A stretch of DNA of 61,102 nt, taken from positions 16,535 to 77,636 of the forward strand of contig DGZR01000001.1 of the NCBI GenBank assembly GCA_002397155.1, written 5' to 3'. Below the pieces are notes generated by a model. That model saw only the letters and a program-made list of their open reading frames with translations, was not told where the DNA came from and searched no databases. This stretch comes from Firmicutes bacterium UBA4975. GTDB taxonomy: Bacteria > Bacillota > Proteinivoracia > UBA4975. The position numbers were made by a program, and so were the translations under genes. Each line of letters starts with the position of its first letter. Within the stretch, counting starts at the first letter, position 1. Below, piece after piece: positions 9,801 through 17,484 of this stretch.

Positions 9801-11963
9801 GCGGGAGAAGTCATTTACCTGCGGGACGAGGACTCGGGGGCGGTGTGGACAGTGTGCCCGGCCCCAATTTTAGAAAGTCAGCCGTACACCATCCGCCACG
9901 GACAGGGCTACAGCGTTTTTTCCCATCACAGCCATGGCTTTGCCCAGGAGCTCCAGGTCTTTGTCCCGCCGGAAGACCCGGTAAAACTAAGTGCGCTCCG
10001 GGTCCGGAACGACTCACCCCAGGAAAGGCGGCTGACCCTGACTTACTTTGTCCGGCCGGTGTTGGGGGTCAGCGAGGAACGGACCCATCTGCACCTGGTC
10101 AGCAGACGGCTGGGGGACTTGCTCACTTTTACCAATCCTTACAACAGCGATTTTCCCGGCCGTCTCCTTTGGCTCGGTGCTTCCCGCCCCCCCGTGGGCT
10201 TGACCGGCGACTGCGAGGAATTCTTGGGGCTGGAGGGGGATTTGGCGGCCCCGGCGGCCCTGACCCGCCGGGGGCTGAGCAACGCCACCGGCCCCGGCCT
10301 CAATCCCTGCGCCGCCCTCCAGGTCGCCCTGACCTTGGCCCCCGGCGAGGAGGGGGAAACCGTCTTCTTGTTGGGCCACTCCAAGAGCCCGGACGGCGCG
10401 CAGGAGATGGCTGCTAAGTACCGCTCGGGGGCGGGCGCCGCCCTGGAGCAGACGAAGGAGTATTGGCGAAACCTGACCGGGGCGATCAGGGTAAAAACCC
10501 CCGAGACCTCCCTCGATATCCTCCTGAGCTGGCTCCTCTACCAGACCCTGGTCAGCCGGCTGTGGGCCCGCACCGGCTTTTACCAATGCGGCGGCGCTTT
10601 TGGCTTCCGGGACCAACTCCAGGATGCGGCCAACCTATCCCTGGTAGCGCCCGCCCTGGCGCGGAAACAAATCCTCCTGCACGCCGCCCATCAGTTCCTG
10701 GAGGGCGATGTCCAGCACTGGTGGCACCCCGGCACCAACAACCGGGGTGTGCGCACCCGTTTCAGCGACGATTTGCTCTGGCTTCCCTGGACGGTGGCGG
10801 ACTACGTCGAGAGAACGGGGGACCGGTCGATTTTAGCGGAAATGGTCCCATTTCTTCGGAGCAAGCTCCTGGCCCCGGGAATCGACGAGTTTTACGGAGA
10901 GGCCCAGGCGACTGAGGAAAGGGGCAGCATTTACGAACACTGCCGCCGGGCCCTGGCCCGGGCCCTCAACTTTGGCAGCCACGGCCTGCCCTTGATGGGC
11001 TCGGGGGACTGGAACGACGGGATGAGCAACGTTGGCCGAGAGGGGAGGGGGGAGAGTATCTGGCTGGGCTGGTTTCTCTACGATATCCTCCGCCGTTTTG
11101 CCCCTTTGAGCCGGGACCAAGGGGACGAGGCGGGGGCGGCGGAATACCTAAAGATTGCGGAGGCCATTCGGCAGGCCCTAGAAAAGAACGGGTGGGACGG
11201 GCGCTGGTACCGCCGGGCATACTTTGACGACGGCACTCCCCTGGGCTCGGCGGAAAACCCCGAATGTACCATTGACTCCCTGCCCCAGTCCTGGGCCGTT
11301 ATTTCGGGGGGCGGACGCCCCGACCGGGTGGAAGAGGCCATGGGCGAGGTGGAGACTCACTTAGTCCGGGAAGACGAAGGCTTGATTTTGCTCTTTACGC
11401 CCCCCTTTGACAGCAGCAGCCTGCGGCCGGGCTACATCAAGGGATATGTGCCGGGTGTAAGGGAAAATGGGGGCCAGTACACCCACGCCGCCTGTTGGGC
11501 CATCCAGGCCCAGGCTCGCTTGGGCCGGGGCGGCAAGGCTCTGGACTGGGCCCAGCTCATCAATCCCATCCACCACAGCCGCACCCCAATCGAGAGCTTT
11601 CGCTACAAGGTGGAACCCTATGTCCTGGCCGCAGATGTCTACGCCGCTGCCGCCCACCGGGGCCAGGGGGGCTGGACCTGGTACACCGGAGCGGCGGGCT
11701 GGCTCTACCGGGTTCTGGTCGAAGATATCCTCGGTCTCAAACGCCGGGGTTCGGTCCTGGAAATTGACCCTTGCCTGCCCGGGCACTGGCGGGAATACAG
11801 CCTGGACTACCGATTTGGTTCCAGCACATACCGGATAACGGTGCAAAACCCCAAGGGGCTGAGCCGGGGGACGGCCAAGATCAAGGTCGACGGCGTTTTC
11901 TGCCGGGAGGTGCGCCTGGAAGCCGGGGGGGGGACCCACACCATCAGGGTGGAATTGGGATGA
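3843..11963 (+). CDS. Cyclic beta-1,2-glucan synthase-like giant glycosyltransferase/phosphorylase (2706 aa)
   Basis: One uninterrupted 8.1-kb ORF starting 12 nt after the upstream stop. It has N-terminal TM segments and a GT-A module with LTLDADTRLP (DAD at 5649-5657) and RSHRWTRGDWQ (6078-6110). A central alpha/alpha-barrel-like region carries MFEYLMP and PWGVSESGY (~7650-7680). The C-terminal GH94-type phosphorylase module has GGAFGFRDQLQD (~10590-10625) and GSGDWNDG (DWND at 11007-11018). This architecture matches Cgs/NdvB/ChvB. Confidence 0.9.
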   Translation: MPLELLLAGALLAALILFKGRTRHGSAIWFDGVILRPEDLAAHARGLGKFHRVVRVRRSCRLIIRRLEDNFRFITRIYQETADDLHQGKQVAPAGEWLLDNYYIVEEQVKEILLSVRGRRFPDLPVLTNGQFKGSPRIYALALELISHTDGSLSEQALDRFVEAYQEEAPLDISEIWSLALMVRIALLEKIRHTCHSLAATHKQWRLAELFLARTKPGKLDERIGAQGKLDFAFAEHLLAVIRHNEPAAKQVRDLLGEKLLEQDISLEKLVHSEHQGKAAQTTSMSNAVLSLKSASTLDWDSIFEKLSLVNRILGADEVYREMDFDSRNHYRRQVQLLARKLGTRETRVAKLALAKAREEEGYRGHCGYYLIAEGRRDLFAPWGLKSGAKMSGSLYIALNLALSLALGGAVAAAAFPLGRGWALILGLAFLIPGSEGVVALVNHLLVFLRRPAFLPKLEYRQGLPPDAATLVVVPALLPDVRRTEELIRQLEVHYLANREENLFFALLGDFKDASQENVPGDQEILAAAQRGIQSLNDSYRGNRFFALVRGRGFSQTQGKWLGWERKRGALVELNALFSGGKDTSFLLKPSSLPRVRYILTLDADTRLPLAGAKKLVGTISHPLNRLVLDRENRPLRGYGLIQPRITISIESINKSVFARVMAGPGGTDTYTTAVSDVYQDWFGRGIFTGKGIYDLAAAQRLLKIVPENSILSHDLLEGGLLSTGLATDLVLVDDFPARYSSYTARSHRWTRGDWQLLPWLGGRVAGRENPLTAISRWQIMDNLRRSLGPVAQMVFLLASLLAPGGKWLGLLLFLASLLAPSLFSLLGFARRARRSGAGDLGRWLGRLGWQLAFLPHQAWTNGEAIGRTVYRLFISRKNLLEWTTAAEAEKMAGDNYRRLFRPALLATAAYLLPLAIFRPSALVIYLPLLALWLYSPALARRISRAPAAEDEPTLEDKALLRRLAQKTWLYYEELVGEDTSHLPPDNFQAKPPTGSDYRTSPTNIGFYLLALLAARDFGFITASTLAARLDKALTSIEKLEKWKGHLYNWYDIRDLELLRPRFISTVDSGNFCCLLVAVGQGLREYLRGPLFDDSPARGVGEAAGQDGLAPEGEKGDRADWLAAPEKGQSPGGQELLADLEGLAARVEALVAATDFAALYNSQRNLFSIGYSVDEEKLIESNYDLLASEARLTSYLAIVLGQVPAKHWQQLGRAQVRVGRDKALVSWSGTMFEYLMPQLLLKEYPKTLLAQTTAAVITAQRRYGEKGNIPWGVSESGYYAFDYRLNYQYRAFGIPSLGLKRGLVDDLVVSPYSTLLALPFAPQAALANLRRLLEEGMEGEYGLYEAVDYTPDRAAEEGHQAVVQSYFAHHQGMGLISLANYLNGGAMVRRFHQDPRVVAGELLLQEIPSRQPVLSRLVREPARRPSAEGEKEGEVVRSFGRPGRQPPNCHLLSNGSYTVLLTDSGGGYSRNENVAISRWRELQGYKRGTFIFIRSLNTDQVWSATLAPFREAPDFYRVRFFPDRASYFREMANIDTKTEVVVSTEDNAEVRRVSLTNHGLKEASLEVTSFFELALSHQDADLAHPAFNNLFIETEALPEYHCLLAFRRPRGEKDPCYYALHQVTVEGESIGPVQFETDRSKFIGRGRDISCPVALRQPLTNTSGRVLDPAMSLRRQIKLGPGQSAALTFTTAQGASRGEMVKLAAKYSDPAAGQRALDMAYTRSQVERRFLNLNPQLLRASQQAVGHLVFASPTRRRYQQVLAKNTLGQQSLWAHGISGDNPIVLLSVRDTEDVGIIEETILAHEYWRFKGLVVDLVILHGGEGGYHEPVRDLVRDLVQLFRITDILDKPGGIYIRSSRQLGPGEKYLFHGAARLILSQGTLAEQLEAEEGALPLVQEFRGKDWDIAPRPQPEELLFTNGLGGFTPGGDQYVIQLQQRMTPAPWVNVLANPDFGCIVSERGGGYVFAENSRENKLTPWSNDPVSDPAGEVIYLRDEDSGAVWTVCPAPILESQPYTIRHGQGYSVFSHHSHGFAQELQVFVPPEDPVKLSALRVRNDSPQERRLTLTYFVRPVLGVSEERTHLHLVSRRLGDLLTFTNPYNSDFPGRLLWLGASRPPVGLTGDCEEFLGLEGDLAAPAALTRRGLSNATGPGLNPCAALQVALTLAPGEEGETVFLLGHSKSPDGAQEMAAKYRSGAGAALEQTKEYWRNLTGAIRVKTPETSLDILLSWLLYQTLVSRLWARTGFYQCGGAFGFRDQLQDAANLSLVAPALARKQILLHAAHQFLEGDVQHWWHPGTNNRGVRTRFSDDLLWLPWTVADYVERTGDRSILAEMVPFLRSKLLAPGIDEFYGEAQATEERGSIYEHCRRALARALNFGSHGLPLMGSGDWNDGMSNVGREGRGESIWLGWFLYDILRRFAPLSRDQGDEAGAAEYLKIAEAIRQALEKNGWDGRWYRRAYFDDGTPLGSAENPECTIDSLPQSWAVISGGGRPDRVEEAMGEVETHLVREDEGLILLFTPPFDSSSLRPGYIKGYVPGVRENGGQYTHAACWAIQAQARLGRGGKALDWAQLINPIHHSRTPIESFRYKVEPYVLAADVYAAAAHRGQGGWTWYTGAAGWLYRVLVEDILGLKRRGSVLEIDPCLPGHWREYSLDYRFGSSTYRITVQNPKGLSRGTAKIKVDGVFCREVRLEAGGGTHTIRVELG

Positions 11964-12064
11964 GGGGATAATAATCCAGAAAATTTGCACCTTCCCCCGG
12001 GGCAGGGATAATCCTGGCAAAAGCGAATATCTATGGAGGGGCAATCGCTGGGGGGGCTTGGGGA

Positions 12065-12877
12065 ATGAATGTGCCAATGCAATTGAGACTGTATCGGGGG
12101 ATTATCGCCGAGGGGGGACTGGCCCGGTTTGAATGGCCGGAGTCCACCCTCTACGCCGCCGGCGCCAGGGCGCCCCTCTGCCGCCAGCAGCGGGCCATGG
12201 AACTGTTGGGCCATCTGGAAATTGCCCCGGCCCCCAATTCTTTGACCCGGCTCCGCCGGTTGTGGATTATGAGGGTCCGCCACCCCTTATTGGAGGACTA
12301 TTATGGCACCCTTAGGGCCAGTCGGTGGCGAGGAAAGATCGAGCTGCTCCGGCGCCTGGGCGCCACAGTGGGGATGGTGCACTCTCTGCGCCACGGGGGG
12401 ACGGGGGACATTGTTTGTCCCGCGCCTTTTCCGGTGCTGCGCAAGCTCAGAGCCCAGATCCGCAAACACGAGGTCTTTCTGGCTGTCCGGGGACAGACCC
12501 AGCCCTTTCCCGCCCTGGGTGAAGAAGTGGAAAGTCTCTGGGGTGCCGCAGGGGGGGCTTTGGCTGGCAACTGGCAGGGCTTTCCGCCGGTGCGGATCGG
12601 GGAAAGGGGTCTGATGATCATGGACCTGGCCCGGGCGGCTTACTCCGAACCCCTGTTGGACCTGGTCAATCAACGGCCCGGGGACATCGGGCTGGAGACC
12701 ACTTTTTTCTGGGAGTACTTCCTGCAGGGATATTGCGCCACTAACGAACTGCCGCAAAACGGCAAGGAAAAAATCGAGGCCCTATACAAGCTCAAGCTGC
12801 TGGGGGCTTTGGCCTCGGGAATCGGGATAAAACAGGCCCGGGAGGATTACCGCAGCCAGTGGTGGCAGGAGCTTTAA
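12065..12877 (+). CDS. Hypothetical protein (270 aa), no recognisable family
   Basis: Long ORF in a gap with no competing gene. The SD is weak (GGGGA before the ATG). I can name no motif with confidence. Confidence 0.6.
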   Translation: MNVPMQLRLYRGIIAEGGLARFEWPESTLYAAGARAPLCRQQRAMELLGHLEIAPAPNSLTRLRRLWIMRVRHPLLEDYYGTLRASRWRGKIELLRRLGATVGMVHSLRHGGTGDIVCPAPFPVLRKLRAQIRKHEVFLAVRGQTQPFPALGEEVESLWGAAGGALAGNWQGFPPVRIGERGLMIMDLARAAYSEPLLDLVNQRPGDIGLETTFFWEYFLQGYCATNELPQNGKEKIEALYKLKLLGALASGIGIKQAREDYRSQWWQEL

Positions 12878-12907
12878 AAGGCCCGGGAAAAAGAAAGGGG
12901 GGAGGGG

Positions 12908-13369
12908 ATGCGCTGTCCCTACTGCAATTTTCTTGAGAGCAAGGTAATCGACTCCCGGCGCACCGAGGACGACAGCGAGATTCGGCGGCGGCGGGAATGC
13001 CTGCAATGCGGGCACCGCTTTACCACCTACGAAAAAGTAGAAAAGCTGCCCCTGATGGTGGTGAAGAAAAACGGGGCGCGGGAGATTTTCGACCGGGGCA
13101 AGATCCTAAACGGCCTGATCAGGGCCTGCGAAAAGCGCCCGATTGCCTATGAAGAGCTGGAACGGCTGGCCGATGATGTGGAAGGGCAATTGCGCAGCGA
13201 ATTGGACCACGAGGTGAGCACTAGCTCCATCGGCCAACTGGTGATGGAAAAATTAAGAGGACTGGACGAAGTGGCCTATGTGCGTTTTGCTTCGGTGTAC
13301 CGGCAATTCAGCGACGTGGGCAATTTTCTCAAGGAGCTGGAAAAATTAGTGGGCGGCAAGGACGAATGA
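12908..13369 (+). CDS. nrdR: Transcriptional repressor NrdR
   Basis: MRCPYCN...[13 protein letters not shown] zinc ribbon followed by an ATP-cone. Typical ~150-aa length. SD is GGGGGGAGGGG. Confidence 0.95.
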   Translation: MRCPYCNFLESKVIDSRRTEDDSEIRRRRECLQCGHRFTTYEKVEKLPLMVVKKNGAREIFDRGKILNGLIRACEKRPIAYEELERLADDVEGQLRSELDHEVSTSSIGQLVMEKLRGLDEVAYVRFASVYRQFSDVGNFLKELEKLVGGKDE

Positions 13370-14409
13370 CGGGGGAGTGGGGAGGTCCAAAGCGGGAGCT
13401 CCGGGGCAACCTGCACATCCACACAACCTGTTCCGACGGGTCCCGGACCCTGGAGGAGATTGCCGGGCTGGCCCAGGGTTACGGCCTGGACTTTATCGGC
13501 CTTAACGACCATTTTGCCCCCAGCCGGCCCAGCCGCTACCAGGGGGGCGTTTTGCTGCTCCTGGGCAGCGAGCTGAACCGGGAGCACAGTCACTACCTGG
13601 TCTATGGCCCCGCTCCCGCCTTCGGGCCCGGCCAGCATGAAGGGGCCAAGGTGGCTGCCGGGGTCAAGGCAAGAGGGGGGATGGGGATAATTGCCCATCC
13701 CTTTGAAAAGGGCTCCCCCCTGGTGGGCAAGGGCAAGCACTACCCCTGGCGGGACTGGAACAGCGAAGATTTCCAGGGTATCGAGATTTGGAACCTGACT
13801 TCCCAGTGGCGGGACAGCGCCCGCAGCCTGGGGCAGAGCTTGGGCCAATGGCTTTTGGCGCCCTACCGCCCCTTTAAGCAGGGGGCTTGTCCCCAGGCCC
13901 TGGCCCGCTGGGATGAACTCAGCCAAAAAAGGCATGTCACCGGGATTGCCGGCAGCGACCTCCACGGCCCCCTGGTCAGGGCCCTGGGGTGCAGATTCAG
14001 GATATTGGACTACCCCATGCTCCTGCCGGCCCTCAACACGTACTGCCGGGCGGCAGTCACCGGCGAGGGCGAAGAGGATGGGGCCCGGGTCATCGAAGCC
14101 CTGATAAGGGGCCGGTGCTGGATTGCCCAAGACCGCCTCTGCTTGGGCCGGGGCTTTTTCTTTTGGGCGGAAACTGAGCGGGCCCGGAGGGGAATGGGGG
14201 AAAAAATCCCCCGGGTGGGCGGCAAAGCCTGGCTGCGGATCGTCCTGCCCCGCCGGGGTGAAATCCGCCTGATCCATAACGGCGCTCTCCTGAGCCGACT
14301 AGAAGGGCGGCGCTGGGACCTGGCGGTGACCGAGGCCGGCCCCTACCGGGTTGAGGTCCGCTTGAGGGACGTACCCTGGCTTTATTCCAATTCCCTTTAC
14401 CTAGAATAA
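13366..14409 (+). CDS. PHP-domain (CehA/McbA-type) metallohydrolase
   Basis: The ATG overlaps the nrdR stop (ATGA). The N-terminal motif [15 protein letters not shown] is typical of PHP phosphoesterases. Confidence 0.85.
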   Translation: MTGEWGGPKRELRGNLHIHTTCSDGSRTLEEIAGLAQGYGLDFIGLNDHFAPSRPSRYQGGVLLLLGSELNREHSHYLVYGPAPAFGPGQHEGAKVAAGVKARGGMGIIAHPFEKGSPLVGKGKHYPWRDWNSEDFQGIEIWNLTSQWRDSARSLGQSLGQWLLAPYRPFKQGACPQALARWDELSQKRHVTGIAGSDLHGPLVRALGCRFRILDYPMLLPALNTYCRAAVTGEGEEDGARVIEALIRGRCWIAQDRLCLGRGFFFWAETERARRGMGEKIPRVGGKAWLRIVLPRRGEIRLIHNGALLSRLEGRRWDLAVTEAGPYRVEVRLRDVPWLYSNSLYLE

Positions 14410-14411
14410 AA

Positions 14412-14433
14412 AAGAGCAGGCAAGCCTACTCTT
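14412..14433. terminator. Bidirectional stem-loop between convergent genes
   Basis: AAGAGCAGG / CAAG / CCTACTCTT (8 of 9 pairs), with an A-run on the left and TTT on the right. It overlaps the stop of the minus-strand small gene. Confidence 0.5.
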
Positions 14434-14614
14434 TGGGGCGTTTATGGTCTTCATGGCCCACCCGGCAATGCTGGGAGGGGGTTCTTTCCTTGTTCAGGCT
14501 GGTCTTGATCGGGTCCAGGAACTCTTGGGCAAATTCCTCGTCGGCAAAACGCTGTCCCAGGTCCTTGTTCCCCGGGCGAAACCGGACCAGGGTCCGATGG
14601 CGGTTGGTTTTCAA
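14426..14614 (-). CDS. Small hydrophilic protein (62 aa), probable forespore-expressed
   Basis: TTG start 5 nt after GGGAGGAAG (reverse strand). Highly charged, with no TM segment. Preceded by a perfect sigma-G-type promoter (next feature). Confidence 0.7.
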   Translation of the reverse strand: MKTNRHRTLVRFRPGNKDLGQRFADEEFAQEFLDPIKTSLNKERTPSQHCRVGHEDHKRPKE

Positions 14615-14642
14615 AACTTCTTCCTCCCTACGTTTTCTCCCA

Positions 14643-14672
14643 TAGTATGCCTTGGGGATTTGCCGATTATGC
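14643..14672 (-). promoter_or_regulatory. Sigma-G-type (forespore) promoter
   Basis: The reverse strand reads GCATA (14672-14668), 18 nt, CATACTA (14649-14643). This fully matches the published consensus GHATR-N17/18-CATXHTA. The predicted TSS falls just upstream of the SD of the 62-aa gene. Confidence 0.6.
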
Positions 14673-14709
14673 CCGGGCTTAAATCTTCTCCCCCGGGGAA
14701 GACTTTAGA

Positions 14710-15468
14710 GTGAAGGAAAAAAAAACGGGGGGAAGTAACTTGCAGACCTTAATATCATACGGGTCCATGGTGGGCCGGACCGGGATAATGTATCTCACCG
14801 TCCTGGTCCTGATGCGAATCATGGGAAAAAGGGAAGTGGGGCAGCTTTCCCTCTTTGATTTTGTGGTGGCGATCATGATAGCCGAAACTGCCGCTATCCC
14901 CTTGAGCGAAGTCTCGGTCCCCCTTTCCCACGGCATCGTGCCCATAATGTCCCTGGTGGGGCTGCAGATGGTCTTGGCCTTCACCGCCCTAAAGTGGCAA
15001 GCCGCCAGGCGGCTTATCGACGGGACCCCCAGCATCATCATTGAAGAGGGCCGCCTTTTGGAAAAAGAGATGAAGCGCCTGCGCTACAATATGGACGACC
15101 TGATGGGCCAGTTGCGGGAGCAGAGCATTTTCAACCTGGAGACCGTCGAGTACGCCATGCTGGAAACCAACGGAAAACTCAGCGTCATCTTAAAATCTGA
15201 CCGGCGGCCGGTAAAACCCCAAGATCTGGGGATAGCCCCTCCCTATGAGGGCCTGCCAATTCCCCTGGTGTACGACGGCAAAGTGCAAAAAGAAAACTTG
15301 GCCTTGGCGGCAAAGGACCTGGCCTGGCTGGAAAAAACCCTGGCTCGAGACCACCAGTGCGAAATCGCCAGGGTCCTCTTTGCCGCTTATGACCCCGCCA
15401 CGGGGGCTCTTTGCGTCTTTAAAAAAGGAGAACTAAAAAAAACGCCCCCCGGGCGCAATCAGTCATAA
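14710..15468 (+). CDS. DUF421 (YetF/YdfS-family) membrane protein
   Basis: YLTVLVLMRIMGKREVGQLSLFDFVVAIMIAE is the DUF421 signature. The true start is probably the TTG at 14740 (after GGGGGGAAG) or the ATG at 14767, rather than the GTG at 14710. Confidence 0.85.
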   Translation: MKEKKTGGSNLQTLISYGSMVGRTGIMYLTVLVLMRIMGKREVGQLSLFDFVVAIMIAETAAIPLSEVSVPLSHGIVPIMSLVGLQMVLAFTALKWQAARRLIDGTPSIIIEEGRLLEKEMKRLRYNMDDLMGQLREQSIFNLETVEYAMLETNGKLSVILKSDRRPVKPQDLGIAPPYEGLPIPLVYDGKVQKENLALAAKDLAWLEKTLARDHQCEIARVLFAAYDPATGALCVFKKGELKKTPPGRNQS

Positions 15469-15469
15469 G

Positions 15470-15544
15470 TGGCGCGCCTACCAGGAGTCGAACCTGGGCT
15501 CCCGGCTCCGGAGGCCGGTGCTCTATCCTCTGAGCTATAGGCGC
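15470..15544 (-). tRNA. tRNA-Arg (anticodon CCG), CCA encoded
   Basis: Folded by hand. Acceptor GCGCCTA/TAGGCGC, D-arm GCTC-AGAGGATA-GAGC, anticodon arm CCGGC-CTCCGGA-GCCGG, T-arm CCAGG-TTCGACT-CCTGG, discriminator G plus CCA. Length is 75 nt. Confidence 0.95.
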
Positions 15545-15557
15545 ATGTACAAAAAAC

Positions 15558-15586
15558 ATTATAGCAATAGACCCGCCAAAAAGCAA
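15558..15586 (-). promoter_or_regulatory. Sigma-A promoter of tRNA-Arg
   Basis: The reverse strand reads TTGCTT (15586-15581), 17 nt, TATAAT (15563-15558). The predicted TSS is ~7 nt before the tRNA 5' end. Confidence 0.7.
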
Positions 15587-15587
15587 C

Positions 15588-16028
15588 TTAACCTTTGTGA
15601 ATAGCCAGGCGCATTCCCACCAGCATCAAGACTACGCCGGCCAGGCGCAGCCAGGAGACGGGGATCTTTTCTAGGGAAAACAGGCCAAAATGATCGAGCA
15701 GGACGGCCGTGGTCAACTGGCCGAAAAGGATGGCGGAAATGCCCAAGGTGGCCCCAGTTTTCGCGATGGCCCAGGCCACGCCGCCGATTATGCCCACGTT
15801 GAGGGCGCCGCCCAGGTAGGAATAAAAAGGGGCGTTTTTAAATTCTTGCAGTTTTGGCCCGCCGGTAAAAAGCAGGGTGGCCAGGCTGACCAAGAGTCCG
15901 GTCAAGTGTACTGTCACCGCCATGGGCCCCACCCCGACCTTGTCTTTTAGGGCGGCGTTGATTGTGCCTTGAAAGGTCATGGCTAATCCGCTGAGTGCTG
16001 CTATAATTAAGGGCAAGAGGTATTCCAT
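15588..16028 (-). CDS. DMT-superfamily membrane protein (DUF606/YdcZ-like)
   Basis: ATG after GGGAGGTGG. The product is hydrophobic along its whole 146-aa length. The N-terminus LSGLAMTFQGTINAAL is typical of DUF606. Confidence 0.85.
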   Translation of the reverse strand: MEYLLPLIIAALSGLAMTFQGTINAALKDKVGVGPMAVTVHLTGLLVSLATLLFTGGPKLQEFKNAPFYSYLGGALNVGIIGGVAWAIAKTGATLGISAILFGQLTTAVLLDHFGLFSLEKIPVSWLRLAGVVLMLVGMRLAIHKG

Positions 16029-16087
16029 TCGCCCACCTCCCGGTATAGTATGCCCCGAGGGAGAAAGATGAAAGGGGGATTTTTTAA

Positions 16088-16489
16088 GTGGAAGTAAAGC
16101 TTAAATTGAATGACAATTGGTTCCAGGCCAGCAATGCCAAGGGGGCAACCCTAAAGCTGGGGGCGGGTCTGGAAGACGGCGTTTCGCCGATGGAAGCCCA
16201 GCTCATGGCGGCGGGGGGGTGCACCGGCCTCGACCTGGCCGCCATCCTGGCCAAGATGCGTCAGCCCCTAAAAGACCTGGAAGTGCTGGTTACGGGTCGG
16301 CGGGAAGAAGAACATCCCCGGTTTTTTCACGGCGTCCACTTGAGCTACCGACTGATAGGGGATATTGAGGAGGATAAAGCCCGGCGGGCAATTGAATTGT
16401 CCCTGGAAAAGTACTGCTCGGTGACTAACGGCCTGAAAGCGGATATAACATATGAGTACGTTATCGAAAGGGGGGACCTTCGTCCATGA
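16088..16489 (+). CDS. OsmC/Ohr-family peroxiredoxin-like protein
   Basis: Both conserved cysteine motifs are present (GGCTGLD and KYCSVTN). Length is ~130 aa. Confidence 0.85.
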   Translation: MEVKLKLNDNWFQASNAKGATLKLGAGLEDGVSPMEAQLMAAGGCTGLDLAAILAKMRQPLKDLEVLVTGRREEEHPRFFHGVHLSYRLIGDIEEDKARRAIELSLEKYCSVTNGLKADITYEYVIERGDLRP

Positions 16490-17241
16490 ATCCGGTGGCG
16501 TTTAGGTTGGGAACAATAGAGATATACTGGTACGGGATTATTATCGCCCTGGCGGTCAGCGTGGCCTACCTGGTCGCTCGCCGCCTGGGCAAGGGTTTTG
16601 GCCTTCCTGGCCGGGTGTTCGACGAGTTTTTACTCTGGGTGGTGCCGATTTCCTTCATCGGGGCCAGGCTGTGGTATGTCCTCTTTAACCTCAATTACTA
16701 CCTCTTGGACCCGGCCAAGATCTTTGCTTTTCGGGAAGGGGGGCTGGCCATTCACGGGGCAATTTTGGCCGGTTTGGCCGTAGCCCTGTTTCGGGCCCGG
16801 GCCGAAAAAATCAATTTCTATCGTTTCGCCGACATCTCGGCGGTCGCCCTGGTCCTGGGTCAGGCCATCGGCCGTTGGGCGAACTTTGTCAACCAGGAAG
16901 CATACGGAGGCCCCAGTAAACTGCCCTGGGCCATGTACATCGCCGGCGAGTACCGGCACCCGACTTTCCTCTACGAGTCCCTTTGGGATCTCGCCCTCTT
17001 TGTCTCTCTTTTTTACTACTTGAATACCCGCCCCCGTTCGGGCAAAGTACTGGGCCTGTACTTGGCGGGCTATTCCCTTGGCCGCTACTTTATCGAGGGC
17101 ATGCGCACTGACAGTCTCATGCTAGGCAATTTTCGGGTGGCACAAATTCTCAGCATCCTGCTCTTTGCCCTGGGGATCTTCTTGTTCTTCGGGGGAGCGG
17201 GAAAGATAAGGAGCAAACTAAATGAAGAAACTGATAATTGA
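16486..17241 (+). CDS. lgt: Prolipoprotein diacylglyceryl transferase
   Basis: The start overlaps the osmC stop (ATGA). YWYGIIIALAV, GGLAIHGAILAG and GRWANFVNQEAYG are typical Lgt motifs. Confidence 0.95.
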   Translation: MNPVAFRLGTIEIYWYGIIIALAVSVAYLVARRLGKGFGLPGRVFDEFLLWVVPISFIGARLWYVLFNLNYYLLDPAKIFAFREGGLAIHGAILAGLAVALFRARAEKINFYRFADISAVALVLGQAIGRWANFVNQEAYGGPSKLPWAMYIAGEYRHPTFLYESLWDLALFVSLFYYLNTRPRSGKVLGLYLAGYSLGRYFIEGMRTDSLMLGNFRVAQILSILLFALGIFLFFGGAGKIRSKLNEETDN

Positions 17242-17422
17242 AGTCGAGGGCATGTCCTGTGCCCACTGCAAAAGAGCCTTGGAAGAGGCGATCGGCCGGC
17301 TGGAAGGAGTGCGCTCGGTGGCGGTGGACTTAGGGAAAAACCAGGCGGTGGTCGAAGCCGAGGAAGATATGCTGGATACCATCCGCCGGACCATCGACGA
17401 GGCCGGTTACACGGCAAAGTAA
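17222..17422 (+). CDS. copZ: Heavy-metal-associated (CopZ-like) metallochaperone
   Basis: 66-aa HMA fold with GMSCAHC. AAGGAG lies 9 nt upstream. The ORF overlaps the lgt 3' end by 20 nt. Confidence 0.85.
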   Translation: MKKLIIEVEGMSCAHCKRALEEAIGRLEGVRSVAVDLGKNQAVVEAEEDMLDTIRRTIDEAGYTAK

Positions 17423-17465
17423 AATACAATTTGACCCTTGACTAATGAGGCAGGAAAGAGGCATA

Positions 17466-17484
17466 TATACCCATGGGGGGTATA
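17466..17484 (+). promoter_or_regulatory. CsoR-type palindromic operator candidate
   Basis: TATACCC-ATGGG-GGGTATA is a perfect 7-bp inverted repeat. It sits between a possible promoter (TTGACT 17438-17443, CATATA 17462-17467) and the ccdA SD (AAGGAGG 17485-17491). Confidence 0.45.

Noticed and set aside
15470-15544. tRNA-Arg as an integration hotspot flanked by accessory-looking genes (DUF421, DMT, OsmC).
   Set aside because: There is no integrase, recombinase or phage or plasmid gene on either side. I could not spot a direct repeat of the tRNA 3' end nearby. The flanking genes are ordinary chromosomal functions.
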